Assembly: GCA_964016885.1 (NCBI GenBank)
Contig: OZ024742.1
Location: forward strand, 309,194,001-309,258,000
Length of the DNA stretch: 64,000 bases
DNA from: Eledone cirrhosa
Taxonomy: Eukaryota
Reading direction: 5' to 3'
The notes below the pieces were generated by a model. The model ran no database searches and was not told where the DNA came from. It was given only the letters and a program-made list of their open reading frames with translations. Below, piece after piece: positions 1 through 12,521 of the stretch. Both the position numbers and the translations under genes were made by a program. How positions within the stretch are numbered: position 1 is the first letter of the stretch; each line of letters opens with the position of its first letter.

Positions 1-340
1 GCAGTAATACAGAGTACCCGACCTCCCATGGGTACAAGCTGAAGCATATAGACAATATGCCCCCACACCCTCCCACTGCAAGGTGGTCGTGGAGGTGCCA
101 CGGCAAAAAAGCACCCAGCCCACACTGTAAAGTGGACGTGTAGGCGCCACGGAAAAAGCACCCAGCACTCACTGTAAATGAGGTTGGTGTTAGGAAGGGC
201 ATCCAGCTGTAGAAATCAAGCCAAATCAGTTCCCGTATGAGCAAGGCATGGTCAGCCGACCAGACACTGCCCACAACAGGACAACCCGTCTAACCCATGT
301 TAGCATGGAAGAACGAACGTAAAATGATGATGATGATGAT
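1..340 (+). mobile_element. RTE LINE 3' end (3'UTR with (GAT)n tail), cut by the window edge
   Basis: Near-identical to 19009-19354, which directly follows an RTE ORF C-terminus. Ends in atgatgatgatgatgat. Confidence 0.85.
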
Positions 341-529
341 TACTCTAAATTTATTATTGTATTTTCATGGTAAACACTTTATCTCACATAATATTGAATC
401 TATGAGATTTTGATATTTATTTTGAGAACAATACCTTATCAGTATGAGTGGCCAATTCCAGCCGGTTTGAGCAGAAAGAGATGAGAGAATTCTGGCTGGA
501 TATGGCTGGTTTAAATGTTAAAGGGTTAA
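341..529 (+). mobile_element. piggyBac-like (TTAA) MITE, 5'-truncated copy
   Basis: Ends ...tttaaatgttaaaggg-TTAA. Homologous to 27132-27347, 31213-31438 and 51928-52152. Confidence 0.7.
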
Positions 530-1164
530 TCACACGAGTAGTATGGAAACCACTGACACAAAATATCTTAGGTTATTGTACCTTAAACATTTGATAAAAA
601 TCTTTAAGTATATTATTCATCTATCAAATATGTTGTTGAAACTATAGTTTTTGTGCTTTACAAAGTAGACGTCAATTCACAGAAATATCTTCGGCAGTGA
701 ATTAGAGCATTAAACATTAGCACTAGCACTTTATGCTCTGAATTCAAATCACGCCAAGATCACCTTCACTTTTCATACTTTGAGGATACCCTCCTCTCTT
801 CCTCCCAACAGTCTTGGGGGCCCTAAAAAGAGTGAGAGTATTGGCCTTCCTGGCATCATTTGCATTGATAATATATAAATGTTGCTAAAACAAAAATTCA
901 CTTTTTAAGTAAGGTTATGAATGAAAATGGAGTTCTTTATTTTATATACACCAAAGTAAGTTTACAACTGACAGTGAAGTTCTGAAGTACTTTATAGGCA
1001 CCAATAACTTAAATCTTATTGCTCAGTCTTTCTAGAACTCTACAAAATGTTCCAGACTTGAAAAAATGAGCTACAGTACAAAGACAAACAGGTAAAAAGA
1101 CCAAAATATAAGTTGCTAGCAGAGCAATCTGGGGAGGAAATCGAAAGATGATACTAATACGACA

Positions 1165-1705
1165 CCATAACTATATTACTTATAAATATATTTCATAAGT
1201 ATAAAATATATAACACTACATATCATAAGTATATTACATAATATTATAATATATAAGACTATATCATAACTATATAACATACAGTGTTTTATATCATAGC
1301 TATATTACATATACTGCTATAAAATAACACTATATACCATAAATATATGTTATATAACACTATATCTACTATTTAACATACAGTGCTATATATCATAACT
1401 ATATTATATATAATTGTTTCTACTTTTGGCACAAGGCCAGCAATTACCCAGTGCATTACTGGTACTTTATTTTATCGACCCCGTAAGGATGAAAGGCAAA
1501 GTTAACCTCGGCGGGATTTTAACTCAGAATGGCAAGGGCCGAAACTATGCGTCAAAGCATGGTGTCCGACCCTCTACCGATACTGCCAATTCACCGTTCC
1601 TTATAGCTATATTACATATAATGCTATATAATAACTGTATAATATATAACACTATATCATAACTACATTACATACAGAGCTATATATCATAGCTATATAA
1701 TATAT
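1165..1705. repeat. AT-rich minisatellite (~33-bp units) interrupted by SINE insertions
   Basis: Recurrent atatcataactatattacata...aacactat units. Confidence 0.7.
1411..1598 (-). mobile_element. tRNA-derived SINE with Deu/Nin-like domain, short subfamily
   Basis: Reverse complement of the 9342-9530 and 49209-49398 type: A-box tggcagtatcggtag, B-box-like gagttaaaatcc, core ctttgcctttcatccttacggggtcgataaaataaagtacc. Confidence 0.85.
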
Positions 1706-1925
1706 AATTGTTTCTACTTTAGGCACAAGGCCAGCAATTTGAAGGGAAGGGGAAAGTCGAGTAAATCGTTCCTAGTTCATTACTGGTGCTTTATTTTATC
1801 GATCCTCTAAGGATAAAAGGCAAAGCTAACCTCAACAGGATTTGAACTCAGAACGTAAAGGGCTATAACTAAATAATGCAAACCATTTTATCCGACGATC
1901 TACCAATTCTGCCAATCCACCACCA
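1705..1925 (-). mobile_element. tRNA-derived SINE with Deu/Nin-like domain, long subfamily
   Basis: Same family with an extra gaagggaaggggaaagtcgagtaaatcg segment. Confidence 0.85.
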
Positions 1926-2749
1926 TTATATATAATATATAATACACTAATATAACTTTATTGTATATAGAAAGTGATATGAAATCAGTTATATAGCACC
2001 ATTAAGTCTACTATAAAGTAATAGTTAAGATATTAACACAAATAATATTAGCCATTATAAACAGCAATTTGTGACACATACTGAAGGGAGTTAATAATCA
2101 ATAGATATACAGTTCAAGTCCTGTTACTGGACATACTGCTCTTTTGTTTTCTGTCTGAAGTTGGTTAATGTCTAATAATATCACTGTGGGATTCATCACC
2201 ATTTCTGTGACCTTATGCTGGATTATATCAATATAGATTATAATTCCCGTCGTCATCAGATGTAATTTAATTATTTAACAAGGAAAAAGCAACAAGAATC
2301 CTAATAATGTGTTCCAAGACTAATTTCACAAACCAAATTTTGATCTCAATAGACAGATTGAAGTTATAGCCGATAGTGATCTGACGTAAATGATGATGAT
2401 GATGATGGTAGTAATAATGATGATATTAGTGATGATGGTGATGCTACTGCTGATGGAAGTGGTGGTGATTATATTAGCGATGATGGTGATGATGATAATT
2501 ACATCTTCAATTTTACAACACTAGCCTCAGAGATGTAAGAAAACTTTATCAAGTTACAAGATAATCAATATATCTTAATTAATATTAGCCAATATATCCT
2601 AATTAACCCTAATTGATATTCTATATGGCTATCGATACACGGGTGTCTTTTCTGCTTTGGATGATACATTTTCCTAGGCTAAAGTCATATACTACTGTAT
2701 CAGAATCAGTGTTGTGATGGTTGCAGCCTGCAGGAGAAATATTGTGAGC

Positions 2750-3360
2750 AGAGATCATTGTACATTGTCTTCATTAAGATTGAATGCCTTACCAGGCTAC
2801 TCACATTGATCATATAATTCCATGAAAATATGCAAGGCATCATCCAGTAAAATGGCTTATCAGCAACCTTATTTCCATTTTTTTTAAATGGAGTGAAGCA
2901 AGGCTGTGTGCTCTAGCTTCCTTTACATTGAAAAGGCTCTCCAGTGACTCGTCAACTGCTTTGACCATGCATGTAACGACTTTGGCTTCACTATCAGTCT
3001 CAAGAAGACAAACATCATATGTCAGGACTTAAACAACATCCCAGATATCTGTATCTGAAATTAAACTTTAAAAGTTGTAGAAAACTTTACCTATCTTGGC
3101 TCCACAATCTCCAATAACTTATCGCTAGATGTCAAACAGAAATATCGTACTGATAAGGCAATAACAATGATGGCTTGACTCTACAGATGAATGTTGAAAA
3201 ACAGCATGCTGACCATCAGCACAAAGATGAAAGTCTACCAGTTCAGTATTTTATTATAGGGAAGTGAATCATGGATACCAAACATATGCCATGATTGCTA
3301 CCTGAGCCTTTCCATTTGCGTTGCTCAAGATGAACCATGGGCATTACACGGCAGGACCAT
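2750..3360 (+). pseudogene. Degenerate RTE-BovB-like reverse transcriptase fragment
   Basis: Frameshifted motifs NGVKQGCVL, FGFTISLKKTNI and VVENFTYLGSTISNNLSLD read from the DNA. Confidence 0.75.
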
Positions 3361-3709
3361 GAGTGATTAAAAAATCAGCGGAAAAGTTGAAGGAGAAAAG
3401 AGATTGTAGATTACGGAAACTGACAGGAGGACCTACAAGTATACAACAGTGTCAATCAAGTATGGCTTTTTAATCAACACCAGTACAGCAGAAATTAAGC
3501 TACTGAACATCAGGAACCAGCCAGTTGCTATACTATCCAACATCATCTGTGGCATCATACTAAACATTACACATACTAAGAAAGTTACATCTCAAACAAT
3601 GTGTCAGTAAATAAAGAAATAGATAAATTGCACAAAGCTAACTTGACTTACAGTTCTCTATGAATATGTATCTTCAACAATAAGGATCTCTTCTTTATCA
3701 CCAAATTAG

Positions 3710-3865
3710 TTATATACAAAGCAAGAGTGATACCAACTATATACAAATCAGGGATGATGCCAGCTATATACAAATCAGGGGTGATAGCAACTATATACAA
3801 ATCAGGGGTGATAGCAACTATATACAAATCAGGGGTGGTACCAACTATATACAAAGCAGGGGTAA
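3710..3865. repeat. 27-bp minisatellite
   Basis: Unit caactatatacaaatcaggggtgatag, about 5-6 copies. Explains ORF 3648-3878. Confidence 0.85.
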
Positions 3866-5464
3866 TGTCTGCTTTCACCTATTGCTGTTAAAGCTGGGAG
3901 ACTCAAAACTTTGCACCAAAAAAGAGCACAGTACATACTAAGAAGAAAAATGCAGGACATAGTTACTAGGACGGAAGTATTGTTGCAAGCAAAAAGCACT
4001 AAAATTAACAGTATGATAAAGCTTTACTGAGACAAAGAGGACACCTTGTCTGCATACCTAATGACCAAATTTCTAATGCAGTCTTATATTTCAAAATGAA
4101 AATAGGAACCTCATGAAAGGGATGTGAAAAGAAGAGGTACAGTATACAGCTCGGGTACATTAGAGCAAGACACTCCAAACTCAATGGAAAAAAACTGTTA
4201 AAAATTAACACTGGCTGGTGTGCAACAGCAGCTAATGCTGCAAATGCCATCCAAGTATATCAACTGCAAGAAATAAACTGGCCTGTGCAGCCAAAGGCCA
4301 GTAATAAATATCATGCACCACAACTGCAATGAACATGTGCTTCACAAGTGGAAGAACATGTGAAATGTGAATCAGTTGGCACAAGCATGCACACTCATAG
4401 AAGACAGCATTGAAAGGGCCATCATTTACATGTGTATGCACTCATCTATGTATTTGTGTGTACATGTTTAAATGTCCATTGACCCATGGGTGTATGAATG
4501 TGCAAGTATTAGTTTGCTCATGTGCAAATATCAAAGGGTAAGTATTATATACATATATATACTTACAACCCATGCAAGAACAGAAAAATGGACGTTAAAT
4601 GACGATAATGATGATACACTGTGTTAATGTGTGTGCATGCGCACATGTGTGTGTGTGTGTTAATGTATGTCTTTCTTTCTCTGACTAAACTTTCACATGC
4701 AATTAAATTTAACAGAGGAGTAGCATTGCTTGCAGCTATAATTGCTGCAAACATGCACAGATGTCAGCAGATAAAGTAATCAGTATTCCAGTAGACTATC
4801 AAGTAGATAGTTTACATTATATTGTCATTCTGTTATTAAGAGCTTCGGGGGAGAGGAAAAGGAGGTAGACTGCTGGTCACAAGATCAGTAGTTCTATCAT
4901 TGCTAGCATCTATACAATTTTGTCCCCTAAACAAACTAAATTATTCTGCTTCCTAGTCTGTCTAGCAATGAACAAGTGCCATTCACACTTCAATACTGAA
5001 ACAGGAAAAACTCAGAAGAGAAGACAACTGTAATAATAAAAAAAATATATATATAATTGTTACAACTCCAGCCTGACCTGCTAGAAATAGTAGCCAAATT
5101 TATCACGGATCACGCTATGTTAAAAAGAAACATTGACAAAACAGTCAGAGATACACAAAATTGCTGGACGGTCTCAGTTGGAACACCTAATCTTAGGTCT
5201 GCTTGTCAGGGACTGACTTTGGTCTAAACAAAAATAAGGAATAATGACTGCCAGGCTTAAAATGCCCAAGAAATGCTGTTTGTCAATATGGCGCCCCTAC
5301 AACTCTATCAGGAGTTACAGGACCACACCATACCATACTAAAGTAATCTTAGATACACTATGTCTGAATAATAGGTGGGATACTCAGACTTAGAAACATC
5401 TTTTTTTATAGATCTGCTTTAGTAAAAGGCGAAAGATTTATCTGAACAGGGTGAGGAGAAACCA

Positions 5465-5613
5465 AAGTTCTGAGTTCAAATCCCGCCGAAGTTAGCTTTG
5501 CCTTTCATCCTTACGAGGTCGATAAATAAAATACCAGTGATGCACTGGGGTCAATTTAATCGACTTTCCCCTCCCCTTCAAATTGCAGGCCTTGTGCCTA
5601 AAGTAGAAATAAT
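5465..5613 (+). mobile_element. 5'-truncated Deu/Nin-like SINE nested in a (CAA)n-tailed SINE
   Basis: B-box gagttcaaatccc to agaaataatt. The flanking atagatctgctt is repeated at about 5408 and 5616. Confidence 0.7.
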
Positions 5614-6049
5614 TATAGATCTGCTTGATGAAAGGTTGACTCGGAGCTGAACAACAAAAACAACATGTAAATATCAAAAGAGAGAGGGATCAACAGAGAC
5701 AGATTAGGCAAAAAGAAAAAAAAACTATATAAAGGAGTAGCTGCAATGACTAAGATGAATAAACTGAAAACTTTTATGCTCATCTTATGAATTGATACTG
5801 TTGAGTCTTTTGGTAACAACACTTTCAACATATACTGTACTTTTCTGAAACTTTCTGGCAATTTGATGGGTCCCAAACATGTTGAAATGGAAGCAATTAC
5901 ATCGTGAATGAGCCATTTTAGTTATCTAAAAACGACACGGTTTGTTGAAATTGGAGTAATTACATCGTATAAGAGTTATTTCAGTTATCTAAAAACCACA
6001 CAAAAATTGCTAGTCTCTTTAATTTTGTGAGCTACCAAAAATTTTCATT

Positions 6050-6535
6050 TCACTTCACTGACCTGGTCACTGACATAATTTATCTCACTTCACTGACCTG
6101 ATTACTGACAATTCCAGCTCCATTGGTCGCTTCACTGACCTAGTCAGTGACAAAATTCAAGCTGTATTGGTCACTTCACTGACCTGGTCACTGACAATTC
6201 AAGCTGTATTGGTCACTTTACTGACCTGGTCACTGACAATTCAAGCTGTATTGGTCACTTTACTGACCTGGTCACTGACAATTCAAGCTGTATTGGTCAC
6301 TTTACTGACCTGGTCACTGACAATTCAAGCTGTATTGGTCACTTCACTGACCTGCTCACCAACAATTTATCTCACTTCATTGACCTGGTCACTGACAATT
6401 TATCTCACTTCACTGACCTGGTCACTGACAATTTTTCTCTCTTCACTGACCTGGTCACTGAAATAATTTCTCTCTCTTCACTGACCTGGTCACTGACATA
6501 ATTTCTCTCACTTCACTGACCTGGTCACTGACATA
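6050..6535. repeat. Minisatellite of 42-bp and ~30-bp units
   Basis: Unit cacttcactgacctggtcactgacaattcaagctgtattggt plus a shorter variant. Explains ORF 6167-6466. Confidence 0.9.
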
Positions 6536-7269
6536 TAATTCCCACTATATTGGAATAATGTCAGTGATAATACTTTTGACATATCAAGAAATAACAAAAA
6601 TCTCAATCTAACAGATTTTGTGTTTGCTGAACTTGCTGAAATGGCTCTTCCATGAGATAATTGCTTATATTGTACCATTTACTATGTAGCAGCTTTGTAG
6701 GTAAAAATAAACCGAGAATAATTCAGTATAAGTACAGTAAACTCATTAGTACTTTGTCAATTAACTTCTTGTTTTACTGAATGGGAATCTTGGTGCGTAT
6801 TATGAGAATTCAAACAGAAGAATGCTGAACATGTATAACAAGGTTTTATGAAAATACATTACTTTTTGGTTGAAAGTGTACTATTCGATATCTTTAACTG
6901 GTTGAACAAATATGAAAGAGATAAAGAGAACAAGAAAATGTATTTAAAAACACCTTGAATAAACCTTGTCACTTTACATGTTGGCATGTATTGAATAAGT
7001 TGTTATAGCCTGCATGACCTTTCGGAAAGTAATGACCCAGCCAACCGATATCAGCATGAAAGCAAACATAAAATGATGACATAAACACACATATATATAT
7101 AATGTAAATGTGTTTGGTGTTAGAAATGGCATCCAGGTGTAAAAATCCCAAGCTAAATTTACAATCCTGTTGGTGCAAGTTACAGCATGGCCAATTCTGG
7201 CCAGACTTGTCTATCTAACCCATGCAAGCATGGGAAATGGACGTTAAACAGTGATAATGATGGTGATAT

Positions 7270-7632
7270 CACCATCATCATCACCATTTTTACATCCGTT
7301 CTTCTACGCTAGCATGGGTTAGACAGGTTGTCCTGTTGTGAGCAGTGTCCGGTCAGCTGACCTTGTCTTGCTCATACGGGAACTGATTCTGGTTGATTTC
7401 TACAGCTGGATGCCCTTCCTAACACCAACCTCATTTACAGTGAGTGCTGGGTGCTTTTTTGCCGTGGCGCCTACACGACCACTTTACAGTGTGGGCTGGG
7501 TGCTTTTTTGCCGTTGCACCTTCACGACCACTTTGCAGTGGAATGATAGGGACCCCAGTCCTATCATCTCATTTCTAAGCTGAGTAAACTGGAGCAATGT
7601 GAAATAAAGTGTCTTGCTCAAGGAAACAACAC
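7270..7632 (-). mobile_element. SINE with RTE-derived 3' tail (head truncated)
   Basis: RTE 3'UTR sequence joined to the ctgagtaaactggagcaatgtgaaataaagtgtcttgctcaagg SINE body, as at 46075-46385 and 62515-62845. Confidence 0.75.
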
Positions 7633-7744
7633 ATCATAATATATATATAATATGTAAATATATATATATCAGTAGGCGTATACCAAGAAAGAAATGCACT
7701 CAAAATGGTTTTATTTGAGAAACCATTCTATGTATTTTAGTAAT

Positions 7745-7962
7745 GATTTCTTGTATAGCCACAAGGCCAGTAATTTTGAGGGGAGGGGAAAGTCGATTAA
7801 ATCGACCCCTAGTGCGTGACTGGTACTTTATTTTATCGACCACGTAAGGATGAAAAGCAAAGTTAGCCTCGGCGGAATTTGAACTCAGACCATAAAGGAC
7901 CACCGTAACTATGCTGCAAAGCATGGTGTCCGACTATCTACCGATACTGCCAAACCTCCGCC
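7745..7962 (-). mobile_element. Deu/Nin-like SINE, long subfamily
   Basis: Family match with A and B boxes on the minus strand. Confidence 0.8.
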
Positions 7963-8610
7963 CTCTCTATATATTTTAATAATGATTTCTTTATTGACAA
8001 CTAGAGTCAATGTATGTATTTTAATAATACAATATTTTGAAGTCTTAATGAAAGTGACAAGAAAATATATAATATCACTGATGTTAGTCACAGCAATGAA
8101 CTCCATTTTTTATTCATTCTAACACATAAAAATTGCAGCTGTACTTTAACAAGATTGCAGTTAACAATGATGTTTTAATGGTTTATTGCAGAAGTCGGCA
8201 AACCTTTTTGGAGTAGAGCCAGATTAGGAATATATTTGTCACGCAGGAGAAGATGAATAAAGTGGTGGTGCTGGTACCATGATAAAATATACCCAATATG
8301 CTCTGTATAGTGGTAGTACTGGTGCCATGATAAAATGCACATAGCCACTCTGTAAAGTGGTAGTATATATACAAACACATGATGTATTATTATGGTTAAT
8401 GGTCCAAAACATACCCTGTATCATGACAGTTTCCCTACAACTCCATCAGGAGTTGAGGTTCCAAGGCACAGCATGCTTGTGTAAATCTGCCTGAACAGTT
8501 AGATAATAGAACTTATGAATTAATCAATCAATGTTTAGCAATAAAAAAGAGAGAGCATCCTGCCATAACATTATTTACAACAATATGAAGGTAAGCAGAA
8601 TTTGAAAATA

Positions 8611-8826
8611 CAGTGTTCGCTTTTTATGCAAAGATGCGTTCATGAACACAGCGCGTAAAGCAAATTTGTGTAATTCAAGTCTATATTTCTGATAAATAAA
8701 AAAAAAAATTAAAACTACATGCGTTATAGCGCGTTATTAGTGCAAAGTGAATATTTAATAATATTTTTTCAAGAGGTGTTAAAGCAAATTCACGTATTTC
8801 AAGTTCATGTAAAAAGCGAACAGACT
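8611..8826. mobile_element. Tc1/mariner (pogo/Tigger-like) MITE
   Basis: TA-cagtgttcgcttttt...aaaaagcgaacagacta-TA imperfect TIRs, with internal repeats of taaagcaaatt..gta.ttcaagt. Confidence 0.6.
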
Positions 8827-9341
8827 ATATATCTCACCCATGACAGTAGAGTGAAATGGATGAACAACTGTGATTAATTTATTTTTAAAACCAACTCGGT
8901 TGATTTAGAATGAAGGCAGTCAACCAAAATAGCTGCTTCACAGTCCCATATCTAATAGCTGCCTTTCAATAGATATTAGATCAATCCAATAACCATTCAA
9001 TACAGATTACTTTTTAAAGCTGTGTTGCAAGAGAAGCTATTAGGACTCGGAGGAGAGAGAGGAAAGAGAAAAAAGTTTCAACAAGATTTTACCTTCAGCT
9101 GCCACATGTCATTCTTGTTTTGCAATGAAATCTTTTGAGCAAAACTTTTTCATTTTTTTATCAATTTACAGACAGCCTACACTGGATTTCATTGTGTGTG
9201 TGTATACATTACACACACATGCATATATATATACACCCACTCACATAAAATATGTATATGTACATATACACACACACAGACACCCGCACACACACCCCAC
9301 ATACACATAACATATATATTATCATTATTATTATTCTATAT

Positions 9342-9530
9342 GGCGGTGGATTGGCAGTATCGGTAGAGGGTCGGACGCCATGCTTTCCAGCAGTTACGTC
9401 CCTTTACGATCCGAGTTCAAATCCCGCCGAGGTTGACTTTGCCTTTCATCCTTACGGGGTCGATAAAATAAAGTACCAGTAATGCACTGGGTATTTGCTG
9501 GCCTTGTGCCTAAAGTAGAAACAATTATTA
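9342..9530 (+). mobile_element. Deu/Nin-like SINE, short subfamily, full length
   Basis: A-box tggcagtatcggtag, B-box gagttcaaatccc and (ATT)n tail. Nearly identical to 49209-49398 and 50309-50491. Confidence 0.9.
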
Positions 9531-9974
9531 TTCATATGTAATATAAAGTAATATGAACCTAACATCAATAGCTACTTACTGAAGTTACTAAATATAGAAA
9601 AGATTTATAATTAAGTAGAAAAACTAAGAAAAATATCCTAGAAGCAGCAAACTTAACCAACAAGAATTTATAAAACAGGAAGAAAAAAGTTTTAAAAAAC
9701 CTTATTGAAATAAAATAGATCCACAGAGAAATGAAGTTGTTTCTATATTCAAGCTACAAAGACAACACTTGGCAGATTATAATCTCCCTTCTATAACCCA
9801 TGATGGGGCACAACAGAACATTTTTACATTCATAACTGTGGTTAGTGTTAGGAAGGGCATCCAGCTGTAAAATACCAAGCCACATTTATAGTCCTCATCG
9901 GAGCAAGCTATGGTATGGCCAACTCTGATCAGACTTATCTTCCAACGAGGACAACCCGTCTAACCCATGCTCGG

Positions 9975-11475
9975 AGTTTAATTGCTTTAAAGTACTTTTA
10001 ATGATTCCACTCAATTATGATTATTGAGGCATTGAAAGTAAATACGGGTAAGTTTGAAAATATACAACAATAGCAACTACTCACCATATGTCAGACTGAC
10101 AAGACTGTAGTGGTGCTGAATAGAGGAGTCACAACACCTCTCTGTAGACCACATTTTTTGTTCTTCCTTTGGGCGCAAGTATGAATAATTTATGCTTGCA
10201 TCCCACTCTTGAGCATGCAACGTATAATAGGCCATGTGAGAAGCACGGCTGGGCTAAAATAAGGCCGTTGATAGCGTCTGGCCTTGGGACTTGTTGATTG
10301 ACATCGCGAAGCAAAGTTTAACGGGGAATTGAAGTCGGCGCAGAGTACAGGGGCATTCCGTACCTGATGGAGTTAATGGTATTCTGGGTATGAAGACATT
10401 TTCTCCAGCGGCGCAGCCCATGAGAATTGTGGCTTCAATTACATGCGGCAGGAGGTTTCTTACCACTAACCGTGTTCCGTTGCAGAGATGTGGTGGTTCC
10501 AGGTTCCTCAACAGCATCACTGGAGTCCCAACTTTAATGCGCAGTTCATGAGGTGGCAGTCCAGAGAGGTCCAAGGAATTGAAGAATTCTGTGGGAAAAT
10601 CGTCAACCTCATCTTTGTCCACAGCTTTGTAGGTATGGAGGTTTCCAGGAATGCGTTGCAGAAGGTCCTCATTGATTTTTGCAACGGAGACATTTTTGGG
10701 AGCCAATATGGCTCTATTGCACAGCCAACTCATGTTTTTGTAGTTGATGGCCATATCGGGAAAGAGAGGCTGTGAGGTCGTCAACAGTGTCGACAACGGT
10801 GCCTACTTGCGAGACTGCTATTTCTCCAGCTGCATCTGAAAGTGCAGTGCCATCACCAACCGTTAAGAGGTCCTTTGAGAAGTCGGCTGATGAGTGGTCG
10901 CCAAGCAGGTGGGTTCTCATGTTTGTTGTGAGGGTCAGAATTGTCACTTCCTGCCACAGGGGAGATGACTTAATGCAAGTCCCCACAGTGTCGGCCGTGG
11001 TGGCTTTTGGAACAACTGGAAGAGTTTGTCGAAAATCGCCAGACAGCAGTAGAGGTACTCCTCCCATCGGCCGGTTGTATTCCCTGATGTCTCATAGGGT
11101 TCTGTCCAACGCCACAAGGGACCCTTTATATGCATTGTGCATTCGTCCCACACAATTAGGTGGCATCTTTTCAAGACTTCCGCTTTGTCCGAGTCCTTGG
11201 TGATGTTGCAAGTTATTGTGTTGTCTGAAGTCGTGTTGAATGGTAGTTTAAATGTGGAATGAGCTGTCCTACCTCCGGGCAGCAGAGTTGCGGCAATCCC
11301 AGAAGAAGCCACAGCCAGGGCGATTCCTTTTTGCTGTCGCACTTTGGCTTCCTGCCATTGATCCTGCAACAATTTCGGCTCGTTTCCATTGAACAGTTCG
11401 AGGGCGTCGACGTCGTAGGCAGTTTCCTGAATTATACCCGTCGGAAGTTTATCTGAGCCCGTTTGCTGATAGTGT
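9975..11475 (-). mobile_element. Helitron RepHel C-terminal fragment (PIF1-like SF1 helicase), frameshifted
   Basis: ORFs give ALAVASSGIAATLLPGGRTAHSTFK, LIVWDECTM, GDFRQTLPVV, AILAPKN, LCNGTRL, RLQFPVKLCFAMSINKSQGQTL and FSHGLLYVACSRV...TKNVVYREVL, the canonical Helitron/PIF1 motifs. Confidence 0.92.
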
Positions 11476-11719
11476 CTATATATCTATCATAAAAACCTGT
11501 CTGCCTGGTTCAATCATTCCTTCTCCATGTTACTGGAAGAAAAGCCCTTAATTCCTGATGGAGTGGTAAGGGTGCCATCCTGACACACAGTGCGTCCTAG
11601 GCATTTTAAAAACCTGGCAGAATCATCCCTCCCCAGGCTGGAGAACAGCTGATTTCTTCCAGAGAAGAAGAGAGAGAAGGGGATAAAGAGAGACAGGGGG
11701 AGAATTCAACCTCAAATTG

Positions 11720-12112
11720 TTAGCCTGTATACAAGGCTAACAATTTTGGGGGAGAGGAAAGTTGATTAAATTGACCCCAGTGTGTTACTGGTACTTTATT
11801 TTTTCAACCCTGTAAGGATGAAAGGCAAAGCTAACCATGGCGGGATTTGAACTCAGAACATAAAGAGCCGTAACTATGCTGCAAAGCAGAGTGTCCGACG
11901 CTCTACCCTAACTACTACATCAAATAATAATTGTTTCTACTTTTGGCACAAGGCCGGCAATTACCCAGTACATTACTGGTACTTTATTTTATCGACCCCG
12001 AAAGGATGAAAGGCAAAGTTAACCTTGGCGGGATTTGAACTCAGTCTGTAAAGGGACGTAACTATGCTGGAAAGCATGGCGTCCGACTCTACCAATACTG
12101 CCAATCCACCGC
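11720..12112 (-). mobile_element. Two adjacent Deu/Nin-like SINEs (long at ~11720-11905, short at ~11928-12112)
   Basis: Two consecutive family matches on the minus strand. Confidence 0.8.
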
Positions 12113-12370
12113 TACATTAAATAATAACAACACTAAATTTGGTTACAGCTAAATAAACAAAAATAAAACGATGTTACTATTTCCTGATTTTTAGCCCATG
12201 GCACACTTTCTCATAATTAAGCTGATGTTTAGCACATAAAACTTATGTAAAATTATGATGTAAGGTTTTTATATAAATATAGTTTAAAATATAGTTTTGT
12301 ATTTCAGAATCAGTGACAGTTTCTGGTGGTTTGGCATTGACAACTGTAGATAAAACATTCACGATTCATA

Positions 12371-12521
12371 TTAACTTTTAACATCCTGTAATTTAATTCA
12401 AATGTTTACAATATCTTTACTAGTGGATAGATTGGTGCGAACATTTGCAATATTAGACTAATTTTTAATGTGATTTAGTCATAGTGCTGGCTTCATGTGT
12501 AACAGGATGTTAAGAGTTAAT
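12371..12521. mobile_element. Small TTAA-flanked MITE
   Basis: TTAActtttaacatcctgt...acaggatgttaagagTTAA, a 19-bp inverted repeat with one mismatch. Confidence 0.65.

Noticed and set aside
3648-3878. ORF with repeated TPDLYIV and a nearby gtaagt donor
   Set aside because: Produced by a 27-bp minisatellite, with no recognisable protein similarity.
9093-9177. Minus-strand candidate exon ending CTGAAG|gtaaaa
   Set aside because: In-frame stop upstream and no polypyrimidine acceptor.
9342-9430. tRNA-like A/B boxes
   Set aside because: SINE heads with extended A-B spacing and no cloverleaf, not functional tRNA genes.
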